From assembly GCA_051294375.1 (NCBI GenBank), contig CM119268.1, positions 10,912,507-10,976,506 on the forward strand: a stretch of 64,000 bases of DNA. Direction: 5' to 3'. How positions within the stretch are numbered: the first letter of the stretch is position 1; each line of letters begins with the position of its first letter. The stretch is from Paraspadella gotoi. Lineage: Eukaryota > Animalia > Chaetognatha. The translations under genes and the position numbers were made by a program. Positions 63,927 through 64,000 of this stretch are shown here, piece after piece. A model generated the notes under the pieces. The model did no database searches. It saw only the letters and a list, made by a program, of their open reading frames with translations, and had not been told where the DNA came from.

Positions 63927-64000
63927 GACGGTCGAAAAATGTGCAAAGATCGGATAAAGTGTCCTTCGCTTCGTTGCAAAATGCGCTACAGAAAAAACTC
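63927..64000 (+). CDS. PXDN: Peroxidasin exon, second half of the VWC domain (runs off the window)
   Basis: tttttaacag|GAC, phase 0. DGRKMCKDRIKCPSLRCKMRYRKN continues the VWC cysteine pattern. Confidence 0.85.

Noticed and set aside
37365-64000. Calling the peroxidase a thyroid peroxidase, chorion peroxidase or pseudogene
   Set aside because: The WxxCC end, furin site, coiled coil and C-terminal VWC specify peroxidasin, and the indel pattern looks technical.

Overview
Eukaryotic (animal, most likely invertebrate) genomic DNA from a gappy draft scaffold, very rich in (GA)n microsatellites. It contains no prokaryotic features. Contents: (1) The 3' part of a multi-exon peroxidasin gene on the + strand, about 13 exons from 37365 to the window end. 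These cover the heme-peroxidase domain, a furin-type site, an unusually long low-complexity linker, a coiled coil and a split VWC domain. (2) A minus-strand ZNF385/ZMAT(Wig-1)/JAZ-like gene with two matrin-type C2H2 fingers (about 8.0-12.6 kb, with a probable upstream exon at about 24.7-25 kb). It may be nested in a very large peroxidasin intron. (3) A clean, unexplained antisense exon (51652-51999) inside a peroxidasin intron. (4) A candidate small spliced ORF inside a 2 kb block that is present twice in opposite orientations. (5) A 5'-truncated Penelope-like retroelement with a GIY-YIG remnant, hammerhead-ribozyme motifs and an inverted pLTR fragment. Smaller items are tRNA-derived SINE-like and Helentron/HINE-like repeats and minisatellites. 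Many oddities (frameshifts in conserved exons, duplications beside exactly-25-N gaps) look like long-read gap-filling artefacts. All translations and alignments were done by eye. I cannot demonstrate a new biological system; the best leads are the interleaved sense/antisense gene architecture and the spliced ORFs.
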